Below are positions 1 to 38,500 of a DNA stretch of 64,000 nt, piece after piece. The translations under genes and the position numbers were made by a program. Within the stretch, counting starts at the first letter, position 1. Every line of letters begins with the position of its first letter. The stretch comes from Lingula anatina. Its lineage: Eukaryota > Animalia > Brachiopoda. Location of the stretch: NCBI GenBank assembly GCA_051362555.1, contig CM120648.1, forward strand, positions 6,010,587 through 6,074,586, written 5' to 3'. The notes under the pieces are model-generated. The model made no database searches. It was not told the DNA's origin and saw only the letters and a list, made by a program, of their open reading frames with translations.

Positions 1-143
1 AAATGAGTTATTTTGGCTGAGGTCAGTGCACTGACTACTTTTCAAGTTAAATCAATGAATTTTATTTAATTCAAGATTAACTTCTCTGTATACTGACGCA
101 CTTGTCTCTTTACGTTATAATTTTCTAATCTTTAATTCCCCAG

Positions 144-358
144 GATCGTCAACAACGTACACCAGGGGATGCGCCTCCACCACCCCGACCTCGTTCACCT
201 GTTCCAGCAGCACCGCAGGCATCTCTGGTCTGGCCAGCGGTTCTACGGAGTCCTGCTACTGCAACACCGATAACTGCAACTCCGCCTCAAACCTGCTGCC
301 CTCTATCGTCCAGATCGTCACGATTGTCGCTGCAGCTTTATTCTTCCAGAAGTTCTAG
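144..358 (+). CDS. Last exon of a Ly6/uPAR (three-finger, quiver/sleepless-like) GPI-anchored protein; 5' part lies outside the window
   Basis: Acceptor ttccccag ends at 143. Translation (G)SSTTYTRGCAST...TESCYCNTDNCNSASNLLPSIVQIVTIVAAALFFQKF* has the LU-domain RGC and CxCxxDxCN motifs, then a hydrophobic GPI-signal-like tail. TAG at 356-358. Confidence 0.85.
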
Positions 359-956
359 AACTTTTGAATGCAATTAGTCAGCTTGGGGAGTAGGATCATC
401 GCCACGAGATTGTAATAATTAGAATACATAGCTCTGAGAAAGGGAGGACAGTTGATTCGTTTTCTTCTCATCATATAGTTTATATAAGCGCATGTACCAT
501 TAGGCAATAGTCCCTAAGTGCATAATATTTATTTGCGGGGCTGTAAGATTAAACGCTAATAAATCGTCGTCAGTCTGAAACCGAAACGCCTGCAACGCCG
601 TTTTTTCCCCACACTTATTGTGATGTTCATTTTAACAAAAGAATAAAACGGGTTTTAATTTTGAGTTCTCAAACAAGAGACTGTGGTATATTTTAATATT
701 AAGATATATTAAAACGGGTTGAGTTCAGAAATCTTCCATAAATAAATGTTTGCTACTGACAAAATGTGTGGATATTATTTTAATATTCGAAACTAATTAT
801 AGGCCTATCTATCGGTATATCATCATTGCATGCTAGCGATTTGTAAAAGACCAATTAAATATGCCAGAGTGCGTCGTAAACATATCACTTAATATAACAG
901 CGTAATTCGCATACATCCAATGTAATAGATCTCATATTATTCTATATATAAATATA

Positions 957-958
<2 letters not shown>

Positions 959-1001
<43 letters not shown>
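959..1001. repeat. (TG)n microsatellite
   Basis: Perfect TG run, seen directly. Confidence 0.95.
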
Positions 1002-1004
<3 letters not shown>

Positions 1005-1862
1005 GAGGATTCTTCGTTCGAAAGCAGGCGTGGCTTCATCTATTCGCAAAAGTGACAAGCACTGGCTGATGCTCTGTAAAGCGGGCCCTCAATCTAAAGC
1101 AGCACTATAAACTGTACCTCTCTATGGGCAAAGGGCCATCAGGTTGCCTCCCACCATAAGGATAGAATGATCTGGTATCAGGGGCGTCATAGTATACAAA
1201 ATTTTAAATATATAATACTATCATTTAGTACCAGACAACTAGCGCACCCTGTGGTCAGTGAGTGGCAACAGAATGCCCCATTATAACTTAACCCTCCATC
1301 TCATTAATACCCCTTTTCTGTGTGCAGCACCCATAACCTCGCCTTATTGGACAATGTGAGCACGGTGAATGGTAAACATTCCCCTTTTCTTTAACACGGG
1401 AGTTCAATCGGTAAAGGAAGTGGTGTTTACTTTACAAGCGCCCAGCCACTCAAAACAAATATTCTTGAAAAGCCGCCAGGTTGAAATGTTGAACAAGCTC
1501 CGCCCTGTTCAAAAGCAGTTTTCACGGTCAACATGACCAAATAAACAACGCCAAACGTTTTGACATAATGATGTCTTTGAAACTTTCCAAACTGAGGGCA
1601 CAGTTTTCATATGATATTGCTCTCCTATCATTAATCTCGTTTTCAAATTAAAATATCATGTAATTAAATGCGAAGATGAGACCACTCCTCTACAGTAAGT
1701 CGATGTTGTAGTCAAGTCCCCGTCGTGAGAGTAAGGCGTTACTAGAAGGTAAACCAGGGGGTTTTCGGAGCTGTATAATTCAGATTTTCGGAGATGTAAC
1801 GACTTTTTTTCAGAGTTCAACAATAACCTGTCGTTTGTAATCCTTAATTTTAAAACACGGAG

Positions 1863-2762
1863 ATGAAATCGGAGACCTTATTCATTATTTCCACGACGTT
1901 CATTGCTCTACTTTGTGACGCAGGTAAGTACAATACTGAAAATTATACTTCTTTATTGAAATAAAGGCAAATTTTAAATCCTAAATCTTTCCACTGTCAC
2001 ACAATCTAGGGCCCATCCACAGGGTTTATCCACTCCTCTCTCTGGTCAAGCGCAGCGTTCTACCGATATAAATTGGTAAAGGCTTTGTCACACTATACAC
2101 ACTGGAAATATGACTTTAGGACATTTTCAAGCGTGTTCAATACTCCGTTAATAAACTGTATCTGATTGTTCAAATTTTTCTTTATCAGCTGAAACCACGT
2201 GTATCCCGTGTTACTCGTGTTCCTCGGCAACACATCCGGGCTGTGAGGACCCATTCACCATGGTGGACCCGACCTCCGTCGCCAAGTCCTGCTATACTAA
2301 GAAATGTTACAAGAACGTGGAGAAATCAGGTGAAGACGTGCTTGTGTTCTGAATTCATCCAGTCAAACGTACCTAAATAATTTATTAACTCTCACTCTTC
2401 GTTCAAATAAACGAACCAACCAATATAGTTATATCCCACAAGCCAGCCGTAGCCGACTTCGGGGAACTAGCGTGTCCGTCTTTCTATATGTGTTTCTTCG
2501 GCCGCTCCCCTCTAGCACACGCACAAGCACACAATTTAATGGTTTCATCACGTTATTTGTATGTGCAGGTGCCACGACTATCGTCACCCGTGGATGTGCC
2601 GCCTCCACCCATCTCACGGGATGCTCTTCCAACTCCCAAGGGACCACGTGCTTCTGCGAGAGCGACAACTGCAACGTGAGTGGGCGTGTCCTACCGAACT
2701 CACTTCTGGCAGTTACCATGGGAACTGTGACGATTCTTCTTCGACGGGCTATTTCAAATTAA
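1863..2762 (+). CDS. Ly6/uPAR (three-finger, quiver/sleepless-like) GPI-anchored protein, 3 coding exons
   Basis: Exons 1863-1923 (signal peptide MKSETLFIISTTFIALLCDA, donor gtaagt), 2189-2329 (CIPCYSCSSATHPGCEDPF...SCYTKKCYK) and 2569-2762 (VTRGC...TCFCESDNCN plus hydrophobic tail). Both introns are GT-AG, phase 1. Confidence 0.88.
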
Positions 2763-3577
2763 AGTTTACAGAGACAATAGATGTATAAAGATATAAAGAT
2801 ATCTAGTATTAAAGCAGGACTGTGATGAACACCTTTATTTTCTAGCCAACTGTGTGACACTGCTATAAATTCCGGCTGAGATGCCGTGTGATAAGCATAA
2901 TAAGCTTTACTTTATAAAGAGAATCGTCTTTCTTGTAAGATTTAATAAGTGCCGCATGCTCTTTCATTTAACATACAATGTGATTACGATCTCAACAAGA
3001 ACATTTATCATCACTGTCTTTATTCTTTTATGTATTTTATACTTTGTGTAATAAATTACTACATAAAAAGTCATTCACTTTTTTAGAGATGGTATCTAAC
3101 AACTGAAGAATCAAAGGTTGAAATAAGACTAAGATACAGATAAGCAAGGTGAAAAAAATTTAAAAAACACACTACAATGGTGTGATTTTAAAGTGACAGG
3201 TATTTAAAAGAAAACTACCATATTATTTCATAAAATAAAAGCTGACAACAGCATAAAAGACAGCTTGGTAAACTAATAACTTCGCTTAAGATAATCATAT
3301 ACATAAAAATGTACTAAGAAAAATTATCTAATAATTCTGGTAATTCCCCTAACGAATTTAATTAATTTTTTTCCAAATGGATTTTACAATTATTGTCTGG
3401 CAAAACCAGGAGCACATTTGGGGCTTTATGTTACAAAAGCTGAAACCACTATTTCCTGACAATGTTTTCCATAGAATCAAAAATAAAGGTCAAAATTCCT
3501 TGAAAAAAATTACCATTTTCTTCTTAATGAACTGTTATTGTAGTTTTGTGAGCTAATGCAAATACCTTCCATTATTT

Positions 3578-28381
<24,804 letters not shown>

Positions 28382-28689
28382 CTTAGTTCCACAAGAAAAA
28401 CATACTTGAAAGCTTGCTCTCTCTGTCTGATCGTCCAAGCACTTTTCTGTCTGTTTACGAACCTCCGAAGTGTGAAACTCGCGGCATATTGGACATGGAA
28501 TGTGAACAGGAACAAAACCTGCGTGAGCAACACATTTATACAATAATATCCATATATATACTTGCATTTACAAAAATGAACTAATTTACTAAGATTTTTA
28601 GAGATAGATTAGATAATTCATAATAAAACAAAAAATATAGATATTTAAATTCAACATCAGTTTCCGCAATCTTCCTTCTTTCACCATAA

Positions 28690-28868
28690 CCGACCTAAAA
28701 AATCCCCGCAGTTTACAGTGATACTGCAATCTGATTGGTTCATTTCCATCACTTCGCGCCGAATGCGAACTTGTTGTTTTCATCGTCTCTACGAAATTTT
28801 ATGTTTTGTCTTTTACAGTCTGAGTAGAATCTCTTCACTTCGTCAATTACGAGACACACTCTATTAAG
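28690..28868. promoter_or_regulatory. Bidirectional promoter between the MUS81-like gene and TK2
   Basis: Divergent start codons at 28381 (-) and 28869 (+). Locally CpG-rich, with a CCAAT box (ctgattggtt, 28731-28740) and an E2F-like TTCGCGCC (28753-28760). Confidence 0.65.
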
Positions 28869-29205
28869 ATGTTGGGATCCTATGAAGACAATTCACCTCG
28901 GAAAATTCCTGGTAAGTCATAATTTTAGGGAACACCTCGTCGTCGAGGGAACAACGGCAAAGAACAGTTTATATTTTTCACATGTGAAGTACTTACTTAT
29001 ATTTTATGATAATTAACATTAGATTAGAAATAGTATATATGGAATTCATTGTACAGTACAAAATAAATTGAAAGTGAAGACATTCTTGATTTTTTCAGAG
29101 TTCACTCTTTTCACTCAACCTAAAGACATTTGTAAGCTGCCCAAGCAAGAAACATTTACAGTAAGTGGACTTTAATGTGTGTGTGTGTATTCCCTACCCT
29201 CCTAA

Positions 29206-29260
<55 letters not shown>

Positions 29261-32200
29261 AGAGAGAGAGAGAGAGAGAGCCTGGAGGGGGTTGCTGACG
29301 AACAAGGATTTTAATCTTAATAATTACTTCAGCCTAATAGTCTATGAATTTAAAAAGAAAGGGTTCTGGATAGCAATAATTGCTCAGTATAAAATTTCAA
29401 TAGATTTATATTACATATAAATTTAATATGATATTATAATATAATATTGTAAATTTAATATGATATTTATAAGCAGTGTCTGAAAGAAACAACCAAAGAA
29501 TTATAATTCTCCTATGATCAAAATCCTTCATTTCAGGTTGCTGTTGAGGGAAACATTGGGTGTGGCAAAAGCACATTTTTGGAATATTTTAAATCTTCAG
29601 ACAACGTGGAGGTCCGTTCTGAACCTGTGGACTTATGGAAAAATGTTGGAGGTTGGAATTCACTGGTGAGAAATACAATCTGCGATGTTAGCCACTGGTC
29701 CTGCGACAAAAATTTTGTTAGGACCAGTCGATTTTTACAGATTTTTTTTATAAGCTTCCAAGAGTGTTTGATTTGATAAAAATTTTTTTCTGGAAAAAAT
29801 GACATTTTGAAATTTGCTGGTCTTCATGGATGTGTACCCATGCCTTGTTTTATATCAACCCATATATTTGTTTCCATAGGAACTAATGTATAAAGATGCC
29901 AAAAGATGGAGCCTGGCTTTCCAGTCATATGTACAGCTCACTATGTTACAACAACACCACAAACCACAGGTCAAACCAGTCAAGATGTTAGAAAGATCTG
30001 TTTTCAGTGCACGCTTCTGCTTTGTCGAAAACCTATACAGGAGGTAAAATCATTAAATTGTTGACTGTGTCTGAGGTTTTCTTGAAGTATTGACTGAAAA
30101 CAAAAGTTTTTACTTGGTTTCAAATGTTGCAATATTGCAGTTTTTGAACATTGTTGTAGTTTAAACTTTGGTTGAAAATATTTGTCCTTTTCTCGGTTTG
30201 TTAAAAAATGAGTAATTAAATCAACCATTAGTGTCATGTTGGTGTTGATGTCAGCAGTCAGTATTGAGTTTATCAGACCTCCAATTCCTGGATATTAGTC
30301 TGTATTCTATGCCAAATATACAATAATGTTTATGGAATCTTGGGAATCTTAATCCTGGATTCTTATGGATTTAGTAATGGGTATTTAAAAAAGAAACCAT
30401 AAAATCTCAACTACTTATCAATGAATTTATTAATTTGAAATTATTAAAAAAATAGTTCAAAGCAAAACATGCCAGAATTAAGCACTTCTTAGTTGTTTCC
30501 TTCTTAAGAAGAGACTAATTGAAAGAAATATTTGATGGCTTTTCATCTTAAAAATTTATTGTCCACCTAATAAATTCCAGTGGATGTATGCCAGCTGTGG
30601 ACCATGCTATACTGGAAGAGTGGTATCAGTGGATTTTAGCCAACCAGACCGTTCAACTTGATCTCATAGGTATTGTAATGTGTGCAACTTGAAAAATATG
30701 TTATCCAACCACAGACATGCGGAAAAAAATTTAAATGACCAGGCAGGCACAAGCAGTTATGAAAAATGGGTCAGAAAGAAGTACTTATTCCTGGACCGAC
30801 TGTAAATTCAAAATGGCAGCTCTTAAAAATTGTGTAAAAGAGACAAAATGTCAGGATTGTCAATATACTCGACATACTTTGGTCTTGGGACTGACAGTTT
30901 CAGTATGTCCATAACCAAACTCTTCAGGGGGAACATAAAGGTATTTTAATGTGTGCAACTTCAGTTGATGTTTGTTCCTGGTTGTAAAGTGCCAGGTCAT
31001 GATTGTGATTGGTGCAATATTCAGACAATTTGGCCTATATTAGGAAAATATCTAGCTTTATTTCAGTAGAAATAAAATGTTTAAGTAAAAATTGTCAGAC
31101 CTCATATCAGATAAGTGAATATTTTTAGCATAAATTACACCATATATAGGAAGTGTTTTAGATTATGCAAATATTCATCGATGAGTATTTTTTTATAAAT
31201 TAATCCATTTTTTTCAGTCTACCTTCGTGCAGACCCCTGTACGTGTTATGAAAGGTTAAAAAAGAGAAACAGACAAGAAGAGACGGGAGTGCCCTTGGTA
31301 ATTATACCCCCCCTCTCCCCCTCTGAGGAGGTCCAGTTCTTGCTCTTGTTGGTTTGTTTCTTAACAGCCTAACCCAAATAGTTGTGGATGTATTTTGATA
31401 AGATGTTCAATATAGGTCAAAAATGCTCGTGAAAAAATCAGTTTAAATTTGGCAGTGATAAATTTATTGATTAATAATAATGAGAATTGAACTGCCCTCT
31501 GGGTGCTTTCCTTGTTAATGTTGTACTGGAACCAATTATTTTAGCTGTGGCCCAACACAATTCTGTCACATCCATCATGATCAGTGGTGCAACAAAGAAT
31601 GCGGTCAGAAATGTCACAGCTAACGCAATCAGTCCAGTCACAGCTAGCACAATCAGCACATAATGTTCACCATGTCTTATGCAATAATTCCCCATTCTTA
31701 CACCAGGACTATTTGGAGGCCCTCCACCAACTGCATGAAGACTGGCTGATACACCAGAGACTTTTCAAGGTCCCAGGACATGTAGTGGTAGGCTCTGGTC
31801 TATTTCTTTCTGTTATTCTTACACTTTATTTAAGATTTTGTCAATAAAAAAAAAATAAAACAGATTTTCAGAGAAGAATTCCGTCAGCTTTGTAATGCAC
31901 TTGAATAAAGCAGTCAAAGACTAGTTTTGATATTGTTTTTGTTAACAAAAATTCCAGTCCTAAATATTGATTGAAGAAAAGTTCCTACGTTATTTTTAAT
32001 AAAACTTTTCACATTTGAAAATATTTGAGTTATGCATTTTTTTTTTTTTTTTTTGTGAAGAAAATTATCATTTATATATGTTGTTGAAAGGCCCAATACT
32101 TTGATGGAGTAGTGACTGCTGCAGGTTATAAGCAAGTTGTCCTTTATTTTCTCCACCAAAGAAGTCACGTTTTTGATTTAGTTGGTCTTTTAGTAAGCAG

Positions 32201-32590
32201 CATATCTCAACAAGTTATGATTAGATTTTGATAACTTTTGAAGGATATGTCATAAATGGGCTAGATTTTTGTGGTGATTAATTCATTGATTACTTGATTG
32301 ATTAATTATGGTGAGAATTGAACTGCCTTGGCTGAGGTCCTTTCTCTCAGAGTGCTTTTTTTGGTGTGAAAAAGAAAATTTTGGATCATTAATACCCTTT
32401 TACCGAGTGTAGACAGCTACTAATCCTGGGCAAGTTGTTTTGGAAATGATCTCAAGTAGTTTATTTTTAAAAATTATCGTTTTCTTTTCTTTTCTTACCC
32501 CTGCAGGTGCTTGATGCAAACAAAAACCTTGTGGAACTACAAAAAGAAATGGAGGAGAAGAGGCAGGAGATATTGTGTGGGTACTTCTGA
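28869..32590 (+). CDS. TK2: Thymidine kinase 2 / deoxynucleoside kinase (dNK family), 8 exons, ~243 aa
   Basis: Exons 28869-28911, 29099-29160, 29537-29665, 29880-30043, 30581-30669, 31218-31297, 31707-31787 and 32507-32590, all GT-AG with matching phases. Motifs: P-loop [38 protein letters not shown], lid [32 protein letters not shown]. Confidence 0.93.
29207..29280. repeat. (TG)n/(AG)n microsatellite in a TK2 intron
   Basis: Seen directly. Confidence 0.95.
32143..32362 (-). mobile_element. HINE/Helentron-like family, copy 4 (reverse orientation, in the last TK2 intron)
   Basis: gagaattgaactgccttggctgaggtc...ctcagagtgctttt is the reverse complement of the copy-3 start; aagttatgattagattttgataacttttg is the reverse of the core. 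Confidence 0.55.
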
Positions 32591-32963
32591 ACAGTATGTC
32601 ACAGTTTATTGCATTTAAGCTGGTGGATGAAACGCTTTGCATGTCTGTGACAAATTTAGGAATTCGGACATTATAAAATTTTCAGGGACAGTTTTGCATA
32701 ATAAGGTAGTTTATGGTTTTAGGAATTTCATGCTCAGTCTGAAATCTTATTCTTGAGCCTGCAAAATTTGATGTCCAAGCAATTGGCTGTGGACTTGGGA
32801 TTGATACTGACCATTGCAGGGTTAATTGCAATTAACAATGTTGACCTGGAGGTGGTGTTTTTATAATGGTTCAGAAATTAAACCATAAGCATTCTTCTTT
32901 GAAGCTGCGTAGATGCCATAAAAGCAGAACAGAGTATTGTGGGGCTGGTTTTGAAGCCAAGTT

Positions 32964-33131
32964 CAGGGGCGGATCCAGAGATATTTTCTGACAGTCTTCC
33001 AAATTATCTTTGTTAATCCATCCTCCAATTTTGACCGTCTTCCGACAAGTAATATTAGATACCCGTCAATGTAAACTTTAAAATCTGACCGTCTTCCGGA
33101 AGACCCAGAAGACGGCCTAAATCCGCCCCTG
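32964..33131. mobile_element. MITE with TIR CAGGGGCGGAT and 5-bp TSD (AAGTT)
   Basis: aagtt|caggggcggat...atccgcccctg|aagtt. Confidence 0.85.
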
Positions 33132-35383
33132 AAGTTGAAGTTGTACTGGTTGAGTTCTTTTTATGGTCTGTCTGCCTGACCTTGACCTTGTATGCCATAT
33201 TTAGAAGTTTCAGTCTCACGTTGATAGGACATATGGTAGAATCGGCATATAGCTTTTACTTTAGAACTCTAATGATCATTTACCTTGAACAAATCTTATT
33301 GAATGGTATTTTTCTTTAGTTATGTAACAGAAACCTATGGAAATTGAAAAAGTTTTCTGATCCTAATTAAAAGTGTCATGCTGGAGAGGGGTGTGTGTGA
33401 TTAGATGTCAGAGAAGTGCACTTGGCAGCTAAGTTGTACATCAGTACTAACAGATTTTCTGATGCTGACTTTTGGTCAGCTTGAACTTTTTAAATTTTTT
33501 ATTTTAAATTCTTATTTTCATTTATTTATATACTTTTGGGTGGTGGGGGACTGTGCAAAGGCACTTAATTTATCATATCATAACTTAAAATATAAGTTCT
33601 AACAATGTGTTAAAACATTTTTTTACTGTAAACATCTTTTGTTTCCTTTTACTTTGATAATTTTTGTGTTAATGTATTTTTGAAAGAATAAGTCCGTGCT
33701 GAAATGGGCGTTGTTGGATAACAGTTGCTTCAAGTGCAAATGAGTTTTGAGACAGATTCCTGATTGAACTGTCTGCCCATGAAAAATAAACTTTAGTCTG
33801 AATGCATTTGTTCAGATTTATTACAATTTCATACTTTGTTTTTATATGTTTTATAAAATTTCTTATGAAATAAATGTGTATGTTGTCAGTTTTATGCTTG
33901 TTTGTATATGTCCTGTGTTGTTTACTGCCCCTTTGGTCTTGAAATAACACTGAAATAGGAAAATAATTCTTAATGACCCCAGTGAATTAGACCTGATGAA
34001 TGCCATCTTTTTTTTTTTTTTTTCAAATGTCTTAAATGTGTTAGTAACATGGAAATTAAAAAAAAAAATCTGGCGGGCATGGGGTCTGAAACTTGGCTCC
34101 CCTTTATACAACTTGATAAGGAAACATGACCCAGCTTCCATGAGGTTTGGTGTCCATGCAAATTAGTAGTTTCTAGCAGGTGTCTTTGCTTCATTACCTG
34201 TCCATTGAGCTACTTATAATGACAGGTGGGCTTTTAAGGACTTTATTTGGCAAATCATTTAAACGCGTGGCTCAATTAGAATGTAAGATGGTGTGTGACT
34301 GGAGGAGAATACGTTTGAATTATTTTCTTATTATTTTTTTATTATGCAATTTAGGCCAGAGGCAAAAATTTATTTCCTGGCAACTAAGAATTTTTTTTAT
34401 TCTCTGAAACATTTTGACCCATACATTTAAGAATATATCAAAAGTAAAAAGGAAAGATATTTTTGATACACAGTAACACTTAATAATTTGGTGAAATTGT
34501 GTACTCAAACACACCATAACGGCTCAAGATAATTTTATTTTTAATCCCAGGTGCCAATTTGTATGTGAGAATTTATCGCTTCTTTTGGTGAGATATGCTG
34601 TTAATAGCACGTTTTTATGCTGTTATACTTGTCTATTTTCAAGCTAACGGTGCAGTTTAATCGGTGATCAACTGCAGACAATCAATTTTGATAGGAGCGA
34701 TAGGACAGCCAGTTCATTTCTCACACAACGAAGTATGATATAGCTTGACTAGTCGCGTGAACATGTAACCAAGTGCTTGTGGATGAAAAATTAATGAGGA
34801 ATCTTTGTAAGTTTTAAGACCTGTGAAAAGTTTGTCACGTTACTTGGGTTGTTTGCCTGAAATGTGAACAGTCAACTGGTCGTTACGTACTGCCGGTCAT
34901 TGATATGGTAGACAGAAGATTAATTTATTCGGCTAATGAAAGTATAAATATAAATATTGGAAATTATTTTCCTTGGAAAGATAAAACTAAAGTAAAGAAT
35001 TGAACATTGAAATATTTGTGAATTGGGATTTAAATTGAAATTAAAATTTGATACTCCAGGGGAATAAAAACTACTCAAAACTGTTTACTGCCCTTGAAAG
35101 TCGGAGGTCTTCTATTGCTGGGTAAGAATTTAAAAAAGAGAGATAGCTGGATGGGTGGGATCGACCATAATTCATTTTGTTGTTTTTTCCATTCCGTCTT
35201 TCATGATTTCATTCAGTTTGGGGATATCTCTCCCAGTTATTTTACTGGCAAAGTAACGGTTAGTTTATTGCCTTTAAGGATAAAAAGAGTCCTGGAGATC
35301 TGATGCAAGACCCCAACACTTATCTTGGAAAAAATAATCCTCTACCTTAGCCCATTCTACCGGATGCCAGCAAGTGTTTTCAA

Positions 35384-35514
35384 GGCTCATTCCCAATGAA
35401 AGTATCCTTCTATGTAACGTCTACTCAGTGCCAGGGGGAGGTGTTGCATTCAGCAAGAGTCCCCTTGGAATTTGGTTGATCTCCGTAGAATGACAGCTTC
35501 ATTGGGAATGAGCC
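35384..35514. mobile_element. Short MITE with 17-bp perfect TIRs
   Basis: ggctcattcccaatgaa ... ttcattgggaatgagcc. A related partial copy at ~37010-37085 shares ttgcattcagcaagagtcccc and ttcattgggaatg. Confidence 0.75.
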
Positions 35515-38500
35515 GTAGGTTGTACAATTTATTAAAAGAGAAGTGAATGTTGATGAGTGTTAGTAATTAATTTTTGGGTCATTAAGCTAAAGTGAGACAT
35601 TTGGATTCAGGATATTACATAAGGTGACTTTTTGTTTTTGACCTTTCCATTCCCCCTCCCTGCAGAGATATTGTTTTGGAAAAGAGCAGGCCTCTTGTCT
35701 ATCGTCCCAGCCAAGCACCTGCCTCACGCCGCCTGTCATAACAACCATTTTGTTCAGCAGCAAATACCACAAATGCATCAACGCGGAAGCTTTGACATGT
35801 TCTCACTAATGATTCCGCCATTAAAACTTCTATTATTGGTTCGCTGCCTGCAGTTTTATGCCTTGTTTTCGTCTTTATTTGCTGTGCATGAATAAAAAAC
35901 TAATTACTCAAGATATATGGGTTTTATGGACTGAGCTTCATTAGGACTTTTATTTACGTCTTGCTTGTTAGTAATGAAACAAGATGGAGAGTGGATTATG
36001 GTCTGTGATTACACATCATGTAAATGTGAAATTAGAAAATTAGTGTATTACTTGACAAGTTGGTTGCCCTTTAGCGAGTTGACCAAACCAAAAAAATTTA
36101 ATAAGGCAGTTGTAGTGACAGCCTATTTTAATTAAGTACTAAGCCTGTTTATTTATTTGAATTAATGACAAAATTGCAAACATCTTTTTCAATTTGTTTT
36201 GAGAATAATTATTACACTTTTGTACTAATTAAGTTGTATTAATTCATTTTGTTTGTATGCTTCAAATTTGGAGTCGGTTTTAAAAATAAGGAATGGAAGT
36301 ATTCTACTTGATAAAGGGTTAAGACAATCTTATTAAAGAATTACGGCTATTTTAAGCTCTGTTGTGTCTATCCTCTTGTCAGTAAAGTGTGACAAATATT
36401 CAATTAATGCAAATGTTATTACTGGAGCAATGAATTGCAAATGCCATTTATTGCTTTGGTGAAAAATTGCCCAAATTTATCTTCTGAATGGCCAGTGTTG
36501 CATTAGTGGAAAAACACTTGTGATTATTTCTTTTTATTCACATTTTCATAATTATTCTATATTCGATAAAGTATTTTACACCTAATGTCTGCCCCTGAAA
36601 TAATTATAAGAGGCAAATTTATAAATAAAAATTTTTTAGATATTTTGTAAATAGAGAAACTTTATTTATTTACCAAAGTTCCATTTAATTTGTTTTTTAA
36701 TTCACAGCTGTTGCAACTCTACCTTTAATTTTTTTCCAAAGAAGCCATCTTTTCTAAAACTTCATCCATCTCCTTTGAATTACTAATTCAATTTATAATT
36801 TTGATTTGTTGACTATTTATGGAAATATACATTAAATATAGATCAAACTGAATTTTTGAAAACATTTAAAAGAAAAACTAAAAAATAAGAATGTATATAT
36901 CCATATTTCTGTTTTGCCCATGCAGCCCCCCCCCCCCAAAGTTGAGTAGAATACAGAAAAGCTGTTGATTACACAAGTACGTTGGAAACAAAAGGAGGCC
37001 TGTTAATCTGATTGCATTCAGCAAGAGTCCCCGCAGAGCTGTATTGATCCACGTAGACCCATAGTTTCATTGGGAATGTGCCCTACGTGCTGAAATGGGT
37101 AAAAAAAAAGAAAAAAAAAAAAGAAACTTTGGTGTTTTTGATGCCAGTTGCTGAAATATTCCTGATGAAGAAAATATCAGTTGGTCTGGATTCTATTGAC
37201 CCAGTTCTTCATTTATTTTTTTTTGTTCATTGTCTGTATATGCCCCAGCCTTGCTGTCTTGTTAAAGAGCCTGACAAAAATGACAAAGCATCTTATTTTT
37301 ACTGCCTTCTCTGTCTCTGTTTTGTAAAATGCCCATAATTCATTCCATTTCATGGAGGTTTGTTTATAGTATGGGGTTCCCTGCAGGCAGATGTGCATAT
37401 GTAATGAATTGTCAAAAAGTATAAATCAGTCGATGAAATTATCACTGTAACAGCCCATTTATCTATGATTTGTATTTCAAAACTGAAAAAAATGCAAGAA
37501 TTCAATTCATCGGTCAATCCACTCTCTCCTACAAAGTGGCCATAACTCATCGTACCCCAGAGTTTGTTGATGACTTGCGGTTGAGTGGTAATCATGGGAG
37601 CGTGCCGACTGACACGCCATAATGGGCAATACAAGTGTGAAAAATTAGTCCAAGCGCAATTAGGCTGGCTTACTTCTTCGGTGTTACTTGGTACAAGGGG
37701 TGATTTGTCATCCTATTGCAGTTTACCAGGCCACTGTTAATCCACATTGCCATTCCGCCGGGACTATTTTATGGTGCTCCCTGGTCCATAACTCAGCGTA
37801 AATTTGTTGGACTTGTTTCTGGGAGATGATAGGGACGAGTTTATCGGAATACTGATGCATCTGTATTAAATATTCATGCCGATGGGGGGATATGACATGC
37901 GCTGCCGAGGAAACGCATTTTAACAAGAAAGGTATTCCTGCTTCATCTTGTTCAAAGTTTAATGAGGCAAGTTCTAGTTTAATATGTTATATTAAGTATC
38001 TCTTTCATAGTATTTTTGTTGTGCTTATTTTCAGTGTGATGTTTCAGTAGATTTAGTTTTCAAAAATTGAAGCAAATTGAGAATAGATTGATAAACATTT
38101 TTGTTAGTTTTATTTTCTTTGAATTTAATTATTTTTTAAAAATTAAAAAAAATCTCAATGAAAGTTATATTATGATGTTAGCTTTATTAAGTGGCATGAT
38201 TTTCATCAGAAGTAAATTGGCTAAAGTTGAACATACATTTATGAAAAAAAAAATGCAATTTCAATATTATCATTTATACATTCCCTAAAATTAATTTACC
38301 CAGAGAATTTGATCTTCTTTGCATTTGGTTTTGGGAAATAGAGGTCACAAACCTGATGTTAATTTTCTTTATGCATAATTCATTATTACAAATGTGTGGT
38401 GGGAATACAGTCAGTGGAAAGATTCATGTTGTTTCAATTTTCAAATTTGTGACTGATGTTTTTATTTGGCACTTTCAATGTCACTAGTACTTAAGTGGGA

